Source: Podarcis liolepis
Lineage: Eukaryota
Length of the DNA: 64,000 nt
NCBI GenBank assembly: GCA_965112155.1
Contig: OZ218110.1
Strand: one strand, 5' to 3'
Below, in pieces: positions 10,764 through 24,692 of this stretch; the stretch's first letter is position 1, and every line of letters starts with the position of its first letter. A program made the translations under genes and the position numbers. The notes under the pieces are model-generated. The model was not told the origin of the DNA, did not search any database, and saw only the letters and a list, made by a program, of their open reading frames with translations.

Positions 10764-12658
10764 ATGTTGTGGCTTCTGATAGCTCTACCTTTGTTGCTTC
10801 CTATGGGTTACAAAATAGATACTCTGGAGTGTCCCAGAAATGATCCCCACCCTGTTCCACATGAGTGGTTCCAGCCAGGAACTCTCTTCATTGGTGGAAT
10901 TGCTTCTCAGTTAGTTTACCATTCTCATGAAGTTTCATTCAGTGAACATCCTTCTCAGAACCAGTTTGATGTTCCAGAGTAAGAAATTGCTTCGTTTGCT
11001 CTGCATCTTTTGTAGCTGCTCAGATCACAAATATATTTTTTTCTGTAAATGGCAAAATGTTAAGTGTGTTTTTGTGTGTGTAGGTTTGTCCAACCCCCCC
11101 ATAGAATCTATTAGAAATTACCAATATTGTGATATGATAGCAGGAAACATACTCGTTATACAAAGGGATGAACAAATTCTACCTCTATATGCAGAATGGT
11201 GACAAAATTCTACCAGCACATCCTTGCTTTGGCATTTGCTGTGAACGAAATCAATGAGAATCCTAAGTTCCTACCCAATGTCACACTTGGATTCCATATC
11301 TATGATAGCTACTACGATGCAAGGATGACTTATCGTACCACTTTGGATGTGCTCTTCAGAACAGATAAATTTGTTCCCAACTACCAGTGTGACCGACACA
11401 AAAAGCTCATGGCTATCATTGGCGGACTTGGCTCTGATACCTCCAATCTTATAGCAGATATTATAGGTTCCTATAAGGTTCCACAGGTAGGAATTCTCCC
11501 TGTACACATGAGATTGTGTGTGAGTGTGATGTAGGCGCTTCTTTCTTATGCAGAACTTGATTTTGTAGTTTCATGATATTTTATTTATTCTTCCCTTATT
11601 ACTTAACATTTATTTTTTTGGCTCTTAGTTAACTGTGGCCTCCTTGAGTGCGTGTGGTGTTTTAAGCCTGCCTTTTAAAAATAGAGTTGTCTTTTAGATT
11701 TCTTTTTGGGGTTTTTTTTGGTGCTGGTTTTGGGGTTTTTTTTGGTGCTGGTTTTTGTTTATACAGTAAAATGTAAGTCATTTGAGTTATGTTGGTACTG
11801 AAGCAACCGATAAAACAACAACAACAACAACAACAGAGATGAGATAAAAAATTCCTTCCAGTAGCACCTTAAAGACCAACTAAGTTAGTTCTTGGTATGA
11901 GCTTTCGTGTGCATGCACACTTCTTCAGATATCTGAAGAAGTGTGCATGCACACGAAAGCTCATACCAAGAACTAACTTAGTTGGTCTTTAAGGTGCTAC
12001 TGGAAGGAATTTTTTATTTTGACTATGGCAGACCAACACGGCTACCTATCTACCACTGAAACAGAGATGAGGGCAGTGTTGGGGAGCTTGGAACAGGAGG
12101 GGGCTCAGAGTGTGGTGAGGGCAAGGGTAATGGGACAATCAAGATTTTAAACAGAGTGTTGCCCCAGTGAAACAATCCAAATTGTACCCAGGATGGTGTG
12201 AGAGACAGTGCTGTGTAGAGTTTGGGGTGTCAGACTAACAGGGCCTAGGAAACCCAAGTTCAAATCTGTACTTGGCCATAAAAATCTCATTGGGTGACCT
12301 TGGGGGCCAGTCACTGCCTCTCAGCCAGTATACATGAAGGAGTGTCTCCACCCCCATTGTTCTGCCCAGACGCTGAGGTCCAGTGCTGAGGGCCTTCTGG
12401 CGGTTCCCTCGCTGCGAGAAGCCAAGTTACAGGGAACCGGGCACAGGGCCTTCTCGGTAGTGGCACCTGCCCTGTGGAATGCCCTCCCACCAGATGTCAA
12501 AAAGAAAAACAACTATCAGACTTTTAGAAGACATCTGAAGGCAGCCCTGTTTAGGGAAGCTTTTAATGTTTAATAGACTATTGTATTATAATATTCTGTT
12601 GGACGCCGCCCAGAGTGGCTGGGGAAACCCAGCCAGATGGGTGGGGTATAAAAAATAA

Positions 12659-12695
<37 letters not shown>

Positions 12696-15600
12696 GCCTA
12701 CCTCACAGGGTTGTTGTGGGGATTAAATGCAGGGAGAACCATAAACGCCACCTTGAGCAGCTTGGAGAAAAAAATATCTCATTGGAGATAGAGATGCAAT
12801 CAATCAATTCTCTTCTCTCCTGCCCAACATTTTGCTAATGAACATTTGGTACAAATGTTATGCATGCTTTAGTTGTGATTCCTGCATTGCAGGGGTTGGA
12901 CTAGATGACCCTTGTGGGTCTCTTCTAACTCTACAATTCTATGATTTTATGATGATGAAATTGTATGCTTTATATACTTGGGACATTCAATCAGATGTGC
13001 TAAATTTAGCTCTAGGCTCCTAACAACTGTTTATATATATAAATGTTGTATAATCAGGATCATAAAGGCATTCCTAACTTTGCCCTGCAATATCTGCACA
13101 TTATTATTTTTTCCAGCTCACATATGGCTCATTTGCCCCACAGGGGAATCGTATCACTCAAGGGCCATCCTTTTATTGTCTGGTCCCAAATGAAACCCAG
13201 CAGTATATGGGGCTTATCCTGTTACTCCAGTATTTCAAATGGACATGGGTTGGAATTCTTATAGATGATGACAACAGTGGAGAACATTTCTTGCAGACAC
13301 TGGATCCATTGTTTTCTCAGTATGGGATCTGTTCAGCATTCACCCAAAGAATCCCACGCATAAGCCATTGGGATAACTTGGAGAAACTTATTGACATAGC
13401 CATAATTTTTTATGCACATTACACAGATTATACAGTGATTACATTCATTATATATGGAGAATCTTTGACTATTGCATGGCTTAGGGCTATTATGTTTATA
13501 CGAGACTCTGGAAACAAGGAGACTCCCTCAATGAGAAAGGTGTGGATTACAACAACCCAGATAGATTTCATATTAACTGGCATTCAAAGGAGCTGGGGTC
13601 TTCAAATGTTCCAAGGTGCAATTTCCTTTACAGTTCACTCCAAAGAGATTTCGGGGTTTAGGGAATTTATTGGGACCATAAAGCTTCACGGGGCCCAGAA
13701 GGACAGTTTTCTGAAGGACTTTTGGGAGCAAGCCTTTGACTGTGTACTTCCTAACCCCAATGTGGCAATGGATGTTGACCAAACATGTACTGGAGAGGAG
13801 AGACTAGAGAGCCTCCCTGCACCACAGTTTGAAGTGCTCATGACTGGTCACAGCTATAGTGTTTATAATGGTGTTTACGCTGTGGCTCATGCTTTGCATA
13901 TTATGGCCTCTTCTCGATCCAAGCTGAGAACTAATGAGAAGGGTTTCAGTGCTGAACTTCAAGATCTTCAACCCTGGCAGGTAATGTCCCTACAACAAAA
14001 TATTCTTTCATTTCAATAAACAAAGTACTGTCAAACCTCCTTTTACGTAACCCTCTGGTTATGTAAACTTCGGGATGAGCATGCGGCAAACCCAGAAGTA
14101 TTCCTCAGGTTGTGGAAACCTCGGAGTTGAGACTATATTCAGCTTTCTCCTGCATGAATCACCGAGGAAATGGAATTGGCCATCTTATTGGTTGAGAGCA
14201 TTTTATAGGTTTCTATTTCTTTCATAGGCTGATAGAGTTGGGAGGAACCCCAAGGGTCATCTAGTACAACCCCCTGCAATGCAGAAATCTCAACTGAAGC
14301 ATTCATGAAAGAGGCCACCCAACCTCTGCTTAAAAACCTTCAGGAAGGAGAGTCCACCACCTTGTGTGGGAGTCTGTTTCAGTGCTGAACAGCTCTATTA
14401 GAAAGGCCATGACAGTCCTGCTTTATTGTGTCACATTCCTCAAGGGAATTGTCTCCTGCATCATTTCCCGTCCTGCTACTGTTCTCACTGCTACTGTCTT
14501 TACATGTTTTAAATTTAAAAATTGTCTGCCACTGGAAGTCCCCCCCCCCCTTTCCAAATTTTCCTATTGCACTACAAACTACTTAGGATTTGTCATTCAG
14601 GATTTCAAAGTAGAGCAGATAGATAAAACTCTTGAGCATCACAATCCTTGTTCCACCAACAGCTTTGATCCTGAAAATCTGATCTGGCTGCTGAAAGGGA
14701 TCAGAGGGCTGGGAAGCATTCCAGTTGAGGCGCCTCTGGAAAGCTTGCCTGTTTCTTGCGACGGGGACTTCTCATCCTTCCTCCCGTTCTTGAGCCCTCC
14801 CAGTGGTGATGGGCACTCCTCCATAGCCCACCCAGCTTTTTCCAGGGCAATGGTGACATCAAGGTTGCAAGGATTCCTCCAGAAATGCTCAGGATGATTC
14901 AACACTCCAACCAGTAGTCTGACTGCAAGGTGTTGAAGTGCACTGTGCTCTGATGGGGCATCCTTCTGCTCCTGCACAGCGACTCCACTTCAGCTTTCTG
15001 GGCTACTCTCAAGCTCTCAAGCCCAGTGGTGCTAAAAATCCACACACAGACCCAGCCATAAAAGAGAGAAGTCAGCAGACTCTTCAGCCTAGGGTGGTGG
15101 AAGGTCTTCCTGTTGGTTGCCTTTCCATTTCCTGCTTCCCAGAGAGTCTCTCCTGGGTCCTCCAACTGGAGTCAGAATATCCAGTGCAGGAAGAATTCCC
15201 ATAATCCCCATTAGCCATGATGAGTGCCTGATAACTGTCATCCAACAGCAGTGGAAATCAATACCTGACATAAATGGTAGTAGTCAGAAAAGATGAATTC
15301 TCTGATTTATTGATATCCTTCTTTATTATACCTTAGCTCCATCACTTTCTTCATGGGAGTTCCTTTAACAACTCAGCTGGGGAAACCATTTCCTTCAATG
15401 ACAAATGGGAAATGCGAGGCGGCTTTGACATAATGAACACGATCATATTTCCAAATAACTCTTTCCAGAGAGTGAAAATTGGTAGGATTGACATAGATGT
15501 TCCCAAAGGTGAAGAATTCATAATTCATGAAGATATAATTGTCTGGCACAGCGGTTTCAACCAGGTATGGATTCTGGCGTGGCTGGATGAAGACATGGGC

Positions 15601-18600
15601 TGAAGGAGCTGCAGTCAATGGCATTATAGCCTAGGGTTGCCTTGCTGACTAGTCCAGGCAGTATTCTGGCCAGTATAATCATGAGGAAGATAATGCTCAT
15701 ACCACCTTTAATGTTTTTAGACAAAGACTGACATAACAACAATGACTGGTCACAGAGATAACTATAGAGATAATACATCCGTTACCTGGATAAGGGATTC
15801 CTTGGTTCATTTTAAATTCTTCTTTGTTTATTTTTCTCTTGGTTTCCCTTAATGATTAGTATCAAGATGTTGGAGAGTGGGAAACGAAAGCTAGAATTTT
15901 AGTATAGCTGTGATTGGTAGTAGTATATATAGATTCAAATCCAATGCAGCGACTATCAGAAGTGTTAAGATACTTTCTGGTTCTTGACATACATACAGAC
16001 ACACTTATTTCTGAGTGTGTAAACATTTTAAAAATTATTTTATGAACGCAATACAGTGGTGCCTCGCAAGACGAAAAGAATCCGTTCTGTGATTCTCTTC
16101 GTCTAACGGGTTTTTTCGTCTTGCGAAGCAAGCCCATTGAAGGATTCGCGGCTTAGCGCTATTAGCGGCTTTTAGCGGCTTATCTGCTGATCAGATCAGC
16201 TGATAAGTGGCTTAGCGCTATTAGCGCTATTAGCGGCTTTTAGCAGCTTATCTGCTGATCGGATCAGCTGATAAGCGGCTTAGCGGCTTAGAAAAAAGGG
16301 GGGAAGGGAAAAAAAACAGCAGGAACTCGCAAGACATTGCCGTCTTGCGAAGCAAGCCCATAGGAAATTCGTTTTGCGAAGCACCTCCAAAACGGAAAAC
16401 TCTTTCGTCTAGCGAGTTTTCCGTCTTTTGAGGCATTCGTCTTGCGGGGCACCACTGTAAAGTCAACCATAATAATGTAGCTACATTGAGGAATTGGTGC
16501 TTTGGTTGCAATCTTTTAACCATTTAATTGGGATTATGCTGTACTGAAATCAAAGGAACTTAATTATGAGCCAAGATAAACTGGATTGCACTCCTATATT
16601 TTGACCGAGTCTAGCTGCTTCATTTTAACTGAGCAACCTGAAAAGTATTCTCTGGCCATTCAGCATGATGATTCCCATAGTCCCTTTCTTGACAAGAGAT
16701 AGATCTCCATTACTGATTACCGGTCCAGATTTTTCACTGATCCATCATCTTTGCCATCTTCTTTGAAGATTCTTTTTGTGTTTGTAGATGTGGAATCTTA
16801 ACTAATGGTGACTCACTCTCTTCAAATACTCGTTTGACTCAGTCTTTATGAGTTATCTGCTGGCTAAACTATGGGTATTACCAGAGCTATTCCCCTGCTT
16901 GCCTAAGAGGGATGCTTTTAGGTCCTTAAAAGATCTGGCGCATATGCCAAGATCAACATCAGAAGTATCTGTCTGTCTATCTTTCTATCTATCTCCATTT
17001 CCCTTTTGTAACTCCTTTAATGTCTGGATAGGCGATGCCTATTTCTTTGTGTAACGACTACTGCCACCCTGGCAATGAGAAGAAAAGGAAAGAAGGGAAG
17101 AAATTCTGCTGCTATGATTGTACTCCATGTCCAGAAGGGAAGATTTCCAACAAGAAGGGTAGGTCATGTAGTACCCCCAATGTTTTGACCCACACAGAGT
17201 AATTTAAAAGAGTTGTGCCAGATGGCTATTTACAAGTGAAAACTTACTCCAATGTGCATACTATCATGTGATTAGCTAAATCAATGCGAGCATGGAATTT
17301 GCAGAAGAGCGAAGGGAATGTATATCCAAATATCTTCTAAGGGTGACACCATCCTGGTTCCAAGCTTCACAGCAGAATATGACTTTATCCATGCTTTACA
17401 TTGGAAGCTCATTCGGAGGTGTGCTCAGTCGATTACTACACCCCTCCTCTGCTGCCCCGTGTTTCAAAGGGTGAAGCCTAAGGAGCACTCCTGTAAACAC
17501 CTTGATGCCAGTCAGTGATGAATTGTGAATATGGAAGAATCCCTTTACCAAGCTGGTATTTCGGGGTGCTCATTATTTTGGCATAGTCTGCCTTGCACCC
17601 ACTCCCACAGCCATCTAGCTGTGACAAAAAATAAAGCCAAAGAAACAAAAGCCTAGCAAACAAGAGGTGCTTGGAGTAGTCTAAAATAGGCGATTCCTCA
17701 GCGAAACACCCCAAATATTCATTCCTACTCAGTCCCTAAACAGGCGACCAGTTATTTCTGTACTCATCCACAGGTGACTGGATTGGTTTTAGTCCCTGAC
17801 AAAAAGGAAAAGGAGTAAGCTGTATTTCAGCTTGTACATTGTTTTGAAAAGTGCAAATTATATAAGCTCACCTTTAGACGTACCTTAATTTTTATCCCTA
17901 AATCTTGAGTGTTTCATATATGTCAATTCACTTTTTGAGACAAGAACTATACAAGAACTATACAAGAGCTCTGACAGCTGGGTGATAATCTTGCTCCAAT
18001 CTTCTTCCAGTCTATCGGGGGAATCCTATGGAAAGATCCACCAATGGTAGAGAGAGATCTCTACATTCTTAACTGATGTATGAGAGGCATAGCTGCCAAC
18101 TTTTCCCTTTCCTTGCGAGGAATCCTATTCGGAATAAGTGAATTTCCCTTAAAAAAAGGGAAACGTTGACAGCTATGATGAGAGGTAGAGTGGAGAACAA
18201 TCCATAGGTAACAGGTAATTAATGCTGAAATGATAAATTTACTCTTTTTTAGATATGGCTGACTGTTTCATGTGCCCAGAAGAGCAATTTCCAAGTAAGG
18301 ACAAAGATGAATGTGTGCCTAAAGTTATAACCTTTCTTTCTTATAAAGAACCATTAGGAATCACTTTAGCCTTCGCTGCTGTTTTTCTTTCCATTCATGC
18401 AGTCTTGGTGTTAACAATTTTCATTAAGCACAGGGATACACCCATTGTCAAAGCCAACAACCGAGGCCTCACCTATATCCTCCTCATCTCCCTCCTGCTC
18501 TGCTTCCTTTCTTCATTGTTTTTCCTTGGCAAACCTGGAAAAGTGACCTGTCTTCTCCGACAAACAGTGTTTGGCATCATCTTCTCAATGGCTGTTTCTT

Positions 18601-19151
18601 GTGTATTGGCCAAAACCATCACTGTAGTGATAGCTTTCATGGCTACAAAGCCAGGATCCAGCATGAGGAAGTGGATGGGGAAAAGACAGGGACATTCTGT
18701 TGTTTTTTCCTGTTCCCTCATTCAAGCAAGTATTTGTACCTTGTGGTTGGCAACCTCTCCGCCATTTCCTGATTTAGACATGCACACAGTAACTGGAGAA
18801 ATCATTGTGCAATGTAACGAAGGGTCAGTCGCCATGCTTTACTGTGTCTTGGGTTTCATGGGCTTCTTGGCCATTTCCAGCTTCACTGTGGCATTCCTAG
18901 CCCGCAAGTTACCTGATAGTTTTAATGAAGCCAAGTTCATTACCTTCAGCATGTTGGTCTTTTGCAGCGTGTGGTTATCCTTTGTTCCAACCTACCTGAG
19001 CACAAGAGGGAAATACATGGTGGCTGTGGAGATTTTCTCCATCTTAGCCTCCAGTGCTGGGTTACTGGGCTGCATCTTTGCCCCTAAATGCTACATCATT
19101 GTGTTTAGGCCCCAGCAGAACAGCAGAGAGCTAATTAGGAGAAAGTTTTAA
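10764..19151 (+). CDS. Vmn2r: Vomeronasal type-2 receptor (class C GPCR), 6 exons: 10764-10978, 11195-11486, 13117-13980, 15337-15564, 17032-17158, 18253-19151; 874 aa, intact
   Basis: Signal peptide; Venus-flytrap motifs ([31 protein letters not shown]); nine-Cys domain ([19 protein letters not shown]); 7TM exon ([39 protein letters not shown]). All introns are GT-AG with consistent phases (2,0,0,0,1). Confidence 0.95.
11844..12059. mobile_element. Penelope-like element remnant forming a perfect 174-bp palindrome with minimal hammerhead ribozyme motifs
   Basis: 11844-12017 is a perfect inverted repeat centred at 11930/11931. It contains CTGAAGA-a-GTGTGCATGCACAC-GAAA-GC-TC-ATACC. 12-bp TSD AACAGAGATGAG (11832-11843 / 12060-12071). 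Confidence 0.75.
12326..12694 (+). mobile_element. L2-like LINE 3' fragment
   Basis: Peptide [25 protein letters not shown], 3'UTR and (TTA)n tail, inserted into an older SINE. Confidence 0.85.
16054..16457. mobile_element. Tc1/mariner (Tigger-like) MITE, family A
   Basis: TIR CAGTGGTGCCTCGCAAGACG / CGTCTTGCGGGGCACCACTG, TA flanks. Confidence 0.9.
18088..18177. mobile_element. 90-bp hAT-like MITE
   Basis: TIR CATAGCTG..CAGCTATG, 8-bp TSD ATGAGAGG. Confidence 0.85.
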
Positions 19152-19499
19152 AGATTCTGCCTTGTTTTCTTCTATTACACTATTAATGTACTATTAATGC
19201 ATTGGTAAGGATTACTAGAGCATTAGCTATGATTTGATGAGTAGGTGAGGAGCCTGCCTCGAAAAACATCCCAGAAAAGGTACATTATGTATTTTCAGCA
19301 GCTGACTTTTGCACAATGGTTGAGATCTTTGGATAAAGGGTAGTATGTAAATCAAATAAAACAATAATTGCAACTCTAGTGCTTAACAGTTAAATGCAAA
19401 GCAAGCTCTTAAACGGAGAGCTAAAACCAAGAGAGGTGGTTAGATTTCCAAAAGATTTCCAATAGGACAGTGACAGAGATACATTGTGTTTGTACCATA

Positions 19500-19732
19500 A
19501 GAAGCGAAGTTACAGGGAACCAGGCAGAGGACCTTCTTAGTAGTGGCGCCCTCCGTGTGGAACACCTTCCCTTCACATGTCAAGGAGATAACGAAATACA
19601 CAACTTTTAGAAGACATCTGAAGACAGCCCTGTTTCAGGAAGGCTTTAATGCTTGATGTTTTACTATGTTTTTATATATGCTGCAAGCTGCCCAGAGTAG
19701 CTGGGGAAACCCAGCCAGATGGGCGGGGTATA

Positions 19733-19772
<40 letters not shown>
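19500..19772 (+). mobile_element. L2-like LINE 3' fragment
   Basis: Same family as 12326-12694, with a (TAA)n tail. Confidence 0.8.
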
Positions 19773-19773
<1 letters not shown>

Positions 19774-20104
19774 AGTGGTGCCCCGCAAGACGAGTGCCTC
19801 GCAAGACGGAAAACTTGCTAGACGAAAGAGTTTTCCGTTTTGGAGGTGCTTCGCAAAACGAATTTCCTATGAGCTTGCTTCGCAAGACGACAATGCCTTG
19901 CGAGTTCCTGCGGTTCCCCCCCTTCCCCCCTTTTTCTAAGCCGCTAAGCCGCTTATCAGCTGATCCGATCAGCAGATAAGCCGCTAAAAGCCGCTAATAG
20001 CGCTAATCCGCTAATCCGTCAATGGGCTTGCTTCGCAAGACAAAAAAACCGCTAGACGAAGAGAATCACAGAACGGATTCTTTTCGTCTTGCGAGGCACC
20101 ACTG
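19773..20104. mobile_element. Tigger-like MITE family A, inserted in the (TAA)n tail
   Basis: CAGTGGTGCCCCGCAAGACG..CGTCTTGCGAGGCACCACTG, TA TSD. Confidence 0.9.
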
Positions 20105-20302
20105 TAATAATAATGTGAGCATAGGTGCATGCTGTACTGTACTGTGCTGTGCTGACCTGAGGGTTTGACATCTGCCCTAGGCCATGACATTCACCTGGGT
20201 CCCAGGTTATGATACCCAGATATCATCATAATAAATAAAAATATTAATCAAAATATCATATCTGTCCCATTGGGGGGCATCCGAGGTCTGTATGCGTGTG
20301 GT

Positions 20303-21269
20303 CAGTGCTGGATTTACGTATATGCTAAACAAGCTATAGCTTAGGGCCCCAATCTCTTGGAGGCCCCCAAAAAATTAAAGGAAAAAAACAACCCTTGATG
20401 TACATTTCCAAAATATAAGATAAAAAACAAAATAAAACTTACATACAGCAATACTGTTTTGTGTTGTGTAGGCTCCTATTTGTTATGTGCAAATGACTTT
20501 AGATACCTATTAGCTCCATAAATTACCATATAGCATATATTCAACACAAAAAACAGCGACAATTTGTTGCTGACAAAGGACAGCTGGACATACCCTTCCC
20601 CCCCCAAAATAAGACCGTGTCGTATATTAATTTTTGCTCCCAAAGATGTGCTAGGTCTTATTTTCAGAGGATGTCTTATTTTTCCATGAAGAAGAATACG
20701 GTACACATTAAAGGAAATTACCTATGCAGTGGTGCCTCGCAAGACGAAAAGAATCCGTTCTGCGATTCTCTTCGTCTAGCGGTTTTTTTCGTCTTGCGAA
20801 GCAAGCCCATTGAAGGATTAGCGGATTAGCGCTATTAGCGGCTTTTAGCGGCTTATCTGCTGATCGGATCAGCTGATAAGCGGCTTAGCGGCTTAGAAAA
20901 AGGGGGGGGGGAGAAAAAAACCCCGCAGGAACTCGCAAAACATTGTCGTCTTGCGAAGCAAGCCCATAGGAAATTCGTTTTGCGTAGCACCTCCAAAACG
21001 GAAAACTCTTTTGTCTAGCGAGTTTTCCGTCTTGTGAGGCATTCGTCTTGCGGGGCACCACTGTATACGGTACAATGCCTTACGGTAGCTTCGAGGGCCT
21101 TGTATTCAGGGGTAGCCTTATTATCGGGGAGGCCTTATATTACAGTGAGAGGCAAAACTGGAAGTAGGTCTTATTTTTGGGGGGATGTCTTACTTTCGGG
21201 GAAACAGGGTATAAAGGGCCCCATTACCTTCAGTAGCTGAGGGCCTCATCAAACCTAAATCCGGCCCTG
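20303..21269. mobile_element. Nested DNA transposons: hAT-like element > mariner-like fragment (~20590-21211) > MITE family A (20727-21063)
   Basis: Outer ends CAGTGCTGGATTTA..TAAATCCGGCCCTG. Inner AAAATAAGAC/GTCTTATTTT subterminal repeats. Innermost family-A TIRs. Confidence 0.7.
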
Positions 21270-21539
21270 CTCAAGAGGGTGCTCTCCTTTTCATACTGGG
21301 TGCTGAGAAGGTGCTGCTATAAAACTAATGAGGGATATTGGTCTTTAAGTCTCCTCCACAGAGTTTATGCTGCTAGTCTCCCTCAGCGTCCGCAATGTCC
21401 ATCAACTGTCACCTTCGGCCAACTGCCACTCTCCCTCAGTAGTTCCACCCTAGGCCTCAACTGCCTCACCAGGCCGCAGTTCCTCAGCTCCAGGACTCAA
21501 CTGACAGCAGGCCTCAGTGTTTACTCAGCGCTTTTAATA

Positions 21540-21872
21540 CAGTGGTGCCTCGCAAGACGAAAAGAATCCGTTCTGTGATTCTCTTCGTCTAGCGGTTTTT
21601 TGTCTTGCGAAGCAAGCCCATTGACGGATTAGCGGATTAGCGCTATTAGCGGCTTTTAGCGGCTTATCAGCTTATCGGATCAGCTGATAAGCGGCTTAGC
21701 GGCTTAGAAAAAAGGGGGGGAGGCAAAAAACCTGCAGGAACTCGCAAGACATTTTCGTCTTGCGAAGCAAGCCCATAGGAGATTCGTTTTGCGAAGCACC
21801 TCCAAAACGGAAAACCCTTTCGTCTAGCGAGTTTTTCGTCTTGCGAGGCATTCGTCTTGCGGGGCGCCACTG
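21540..21872. mobile_element. Tigger-like MITE family A
   Basis: Family-A TIRs, TA TSD. Confidence 0.9.
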
Positions 21873-23074
21873 TATCTGGAAATTGGTATATAATAAATAA
21901 TAGGAAGAGAGGCTGCAAGGCATAGTCCCAACAAGCAAAAATGAAGTATTTTATTATATTACAATGAAGTTGCAACAAGAGCAGAGCGAAACAATACTTC
22001 ACAAGCAGCTGAAATAAAGAGCCATACATTTAATGTAGAAGAGACAGCGGATGTCAAGACACACACAAAAATGACAGAACATTTGAAGAACAAATGATCC
22101 CCCATTACTTTTCTTCTTTTTTAAAAAAAAGTCAACCCCAAAGACCTTATTTTATGGGACGAATGGTTTGGGAGACGATTTGTTGCCTTGGAAACTGAAG
22201 ACCAGAGGGAGCAACTGTTTATGAGCAGTTGGAACAGGCCATGGGATATTATTCTTATTATTTTTAATTTAAACGGTGGTTTTTGTGTGTGTGGCTTCTT
22301 TTATTTCTTATATTGTATTTTATTATATTACAATTTGAATTCCATAGGATACCGTAAAGCACAATGATAATTAACAAAATACAATTTTAACACAATAAAA
22401 TAATATAAAATACAATACGAGAAATAAAAGGAGCAATGAAGTTTCGTTTACAAATCACAGAACAGCTAGCACAGTATATTACAATGGCTACAGCAGGCAG
22501 AAAAATCATTACGTAGCCAGAGGTTATGTTAATAAACAGCACCACTTACAGGTCAGGTTAAGGAATGGCTTAGTTTACTGAAAATCTTTTATAAATGGAA
22601 AGTTAGGGATATCTGGAGTGAGCCAAATCCTACAAATCAGGACTGAACTCCCTGGACTTGAACTGACGTCTGTGTTTCAGTCCTGCTTTGTGCAGGGTTC
22701 GGGCGTACAGGTTAAGTTCCTAGTGGGAACTTAATTTTCACCTGCTGTATTTATTAGAAAAATGAAGTAATACAAAAGTATGACGTATACTAAGCAGAAA
22801 CACCAAAACAACTCTCATAAGTTACATAATTTATAACGCCTTGATGAAAATGGCCACATGACTGTATTAAATAATAAGAAGTTGAAAAGGTGGACAATAG
22901 GATCCATTGGAGGGGAAAGTGGGAAGTCCAGAGATTTGGGGGAATGTCTAATTGTGGATATGTAATTTGTACTGTTATAATCAGTCCTTTTTTTTTGGGG
23001 GGGGGGAATGCAGGCATACACATACCCTAAACATTTTGTGAATCTTTGTACTTTTGTCCATTTACCGTACAGTA

Positions 23075-23395
23075 CAGTAGTGCCCCGCAAGACGACTGCC
23101 TCGCAAGACGGAAAACCCGCTAGACGAAAGGGTTTTCCGTTTTGGAGGTGCTTCGCAAAACGAATTTCCTATGGGCTTGCTTCGCAAGACGACAATGTCT
23201 TGCGAGTTCCTGCTGGTTGTTTCCCCCCCCCTTTCTAAGCCGCTTATCAGCTGATCTGATCAGCAGATAAGCCGCTAAAAGCCACTAATAGCGCTAATCC
23301 GCTAATCCGTCAATGGGCTTGCTTCGCAAGACGAAAAAACCGCTAGACAAAGAGAATCACAGAATGGATTATTTTCGTCTTGCGAGGCACCACTG
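23075..23395. mobile_element. Tigger-like MITE family A
   Basis: Family-A TIRs, TA TSD. Confidence 0.9.
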
Positions 23396-23504
23396 TATTT
23401 ATTTTCCCCGATTTGAACTATAAAATGGTGCCTTTCTTGAGTCAAAATGAGAGTACCTCTAAACATTTTTTAAAAAGAAAAAAAGCACTGGTTATAATTC
23501 TATA

Positions 23505-23744
23505 CAGTGGTGCCTTGGTTTACGAACTTAATCCGTTCCGGAAGTCCGTTCTTAAACAAAAACCCTTCTTAAACCGAGGCGTGCTTTCCCTAATGATGCC
23601 TCCCGCCACCGGCGCCCTTCCACTGTTCGGAGTCCGTTCTTGGACCGAGGTAAATTTGCAAACCAGGACACTACTTCCAGTTTTGCAGAGTTCGTAAACC
23701 GAATCGCTCGTAAACAGGGCTGTTCTTAAACCGAGGTCCCACTG
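23505..23744. mobile_element. Tigger-like MITE family B
   Basis: CAGTGGTGCCTTGGTTTA..TAAACCGAGGTCCCACTG, TA TSD; related to 40539-40773. Confidence 0.85.
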
Positions 23745-24549
23745 TATTTGTAAAACCAAATAAAAATTATTTCAAAAAAGAGCATGATAAAAATGGCCAC
23801 ACGATGGCAGCAGAGAACTATGAAAGGTGCTGTGGTTTTCAGATCTGCAAGGAGGGACAGGCAATTTATGAGAAATTAATGTGAAGAGAACATACTGCTC
23901 TTCTTCTTTTTCCTATGGATGTAAACACCCAGCTGGTATGCAGTAAAGTGGGAAGTAGATTGAGCATCCTTGGTCAGTGGCTTATAGGAGTTTCAAGGGG
24001 TTTAACCTCAGCGGTCCAGCAAGGAACTGGGAGTGAATACATCTCACAACTTTCCCTCCTGACTTTTGAACTATATTCTCAAACTATACAGACACTACCT
24101 GCAGGCAGGCCACATTTTTGCATTTAAAAATTTTTATTTTTGCAATTTACCCCAAACGTTCTTGGATGAAGCTGGTGATGTGGGCACATTTCAATCTGTG
24201 CCCTTCAGACCCGGTTTGGGGCCCTGATCACCTTTCTTGATAACCTTTGCTGGGAGAGGCGCAGATCTCTCAGTGACATGCAACGCCACCAGCTATACAA
24301 AACGTTTGAATTTAGGGCAGGAGTTCTGGCATTGTGATGGCTCTGGCCCCACCTGTGGGATAAGTTCAGAAAGTCTTAGTGCTCAGGATTCATCCCTGCC
24401 TCTTGTTCTCTTAAACAACCACAGAGGGTAGCGGCGATGCAGTATGCAGAAAAGCAAGAAAGCAGGTTGCAGAAGTTGCTAGCAATGTGGAAATAACTAA
24501 AGAATTGAGGTCTCCAACCACTAGGGTTATGCATTGCACATTAATTTGG

Positions 24550-24692
24550 TTACAGGTAGGTAGCCGTGTTGGTCTGCCGTAGTTGAAACAAAAAATAAAT
24601 AAATCCTTCCAGTAGCACCTTAGAAGCCAACTAAGTTTGTTATTGGTAGCTCATGCTACTGGAAGGAATTTTTTAATTATTTTGTTTCGACA
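24550..24692. mobile_element. Penelope-like element remnant (hairpin, partial)
   Basis: Shares ggtagccgtgttggtctgcc and ccttccagtagc..gctactggaagg with 11844-12059. Confidence 0.65.

Noticed and set aside
14364-15271. Overlapping ORFs in V2R intron 3
   Set aside because: No recognisable domain or consistent splice structure; possibly an old insertion.
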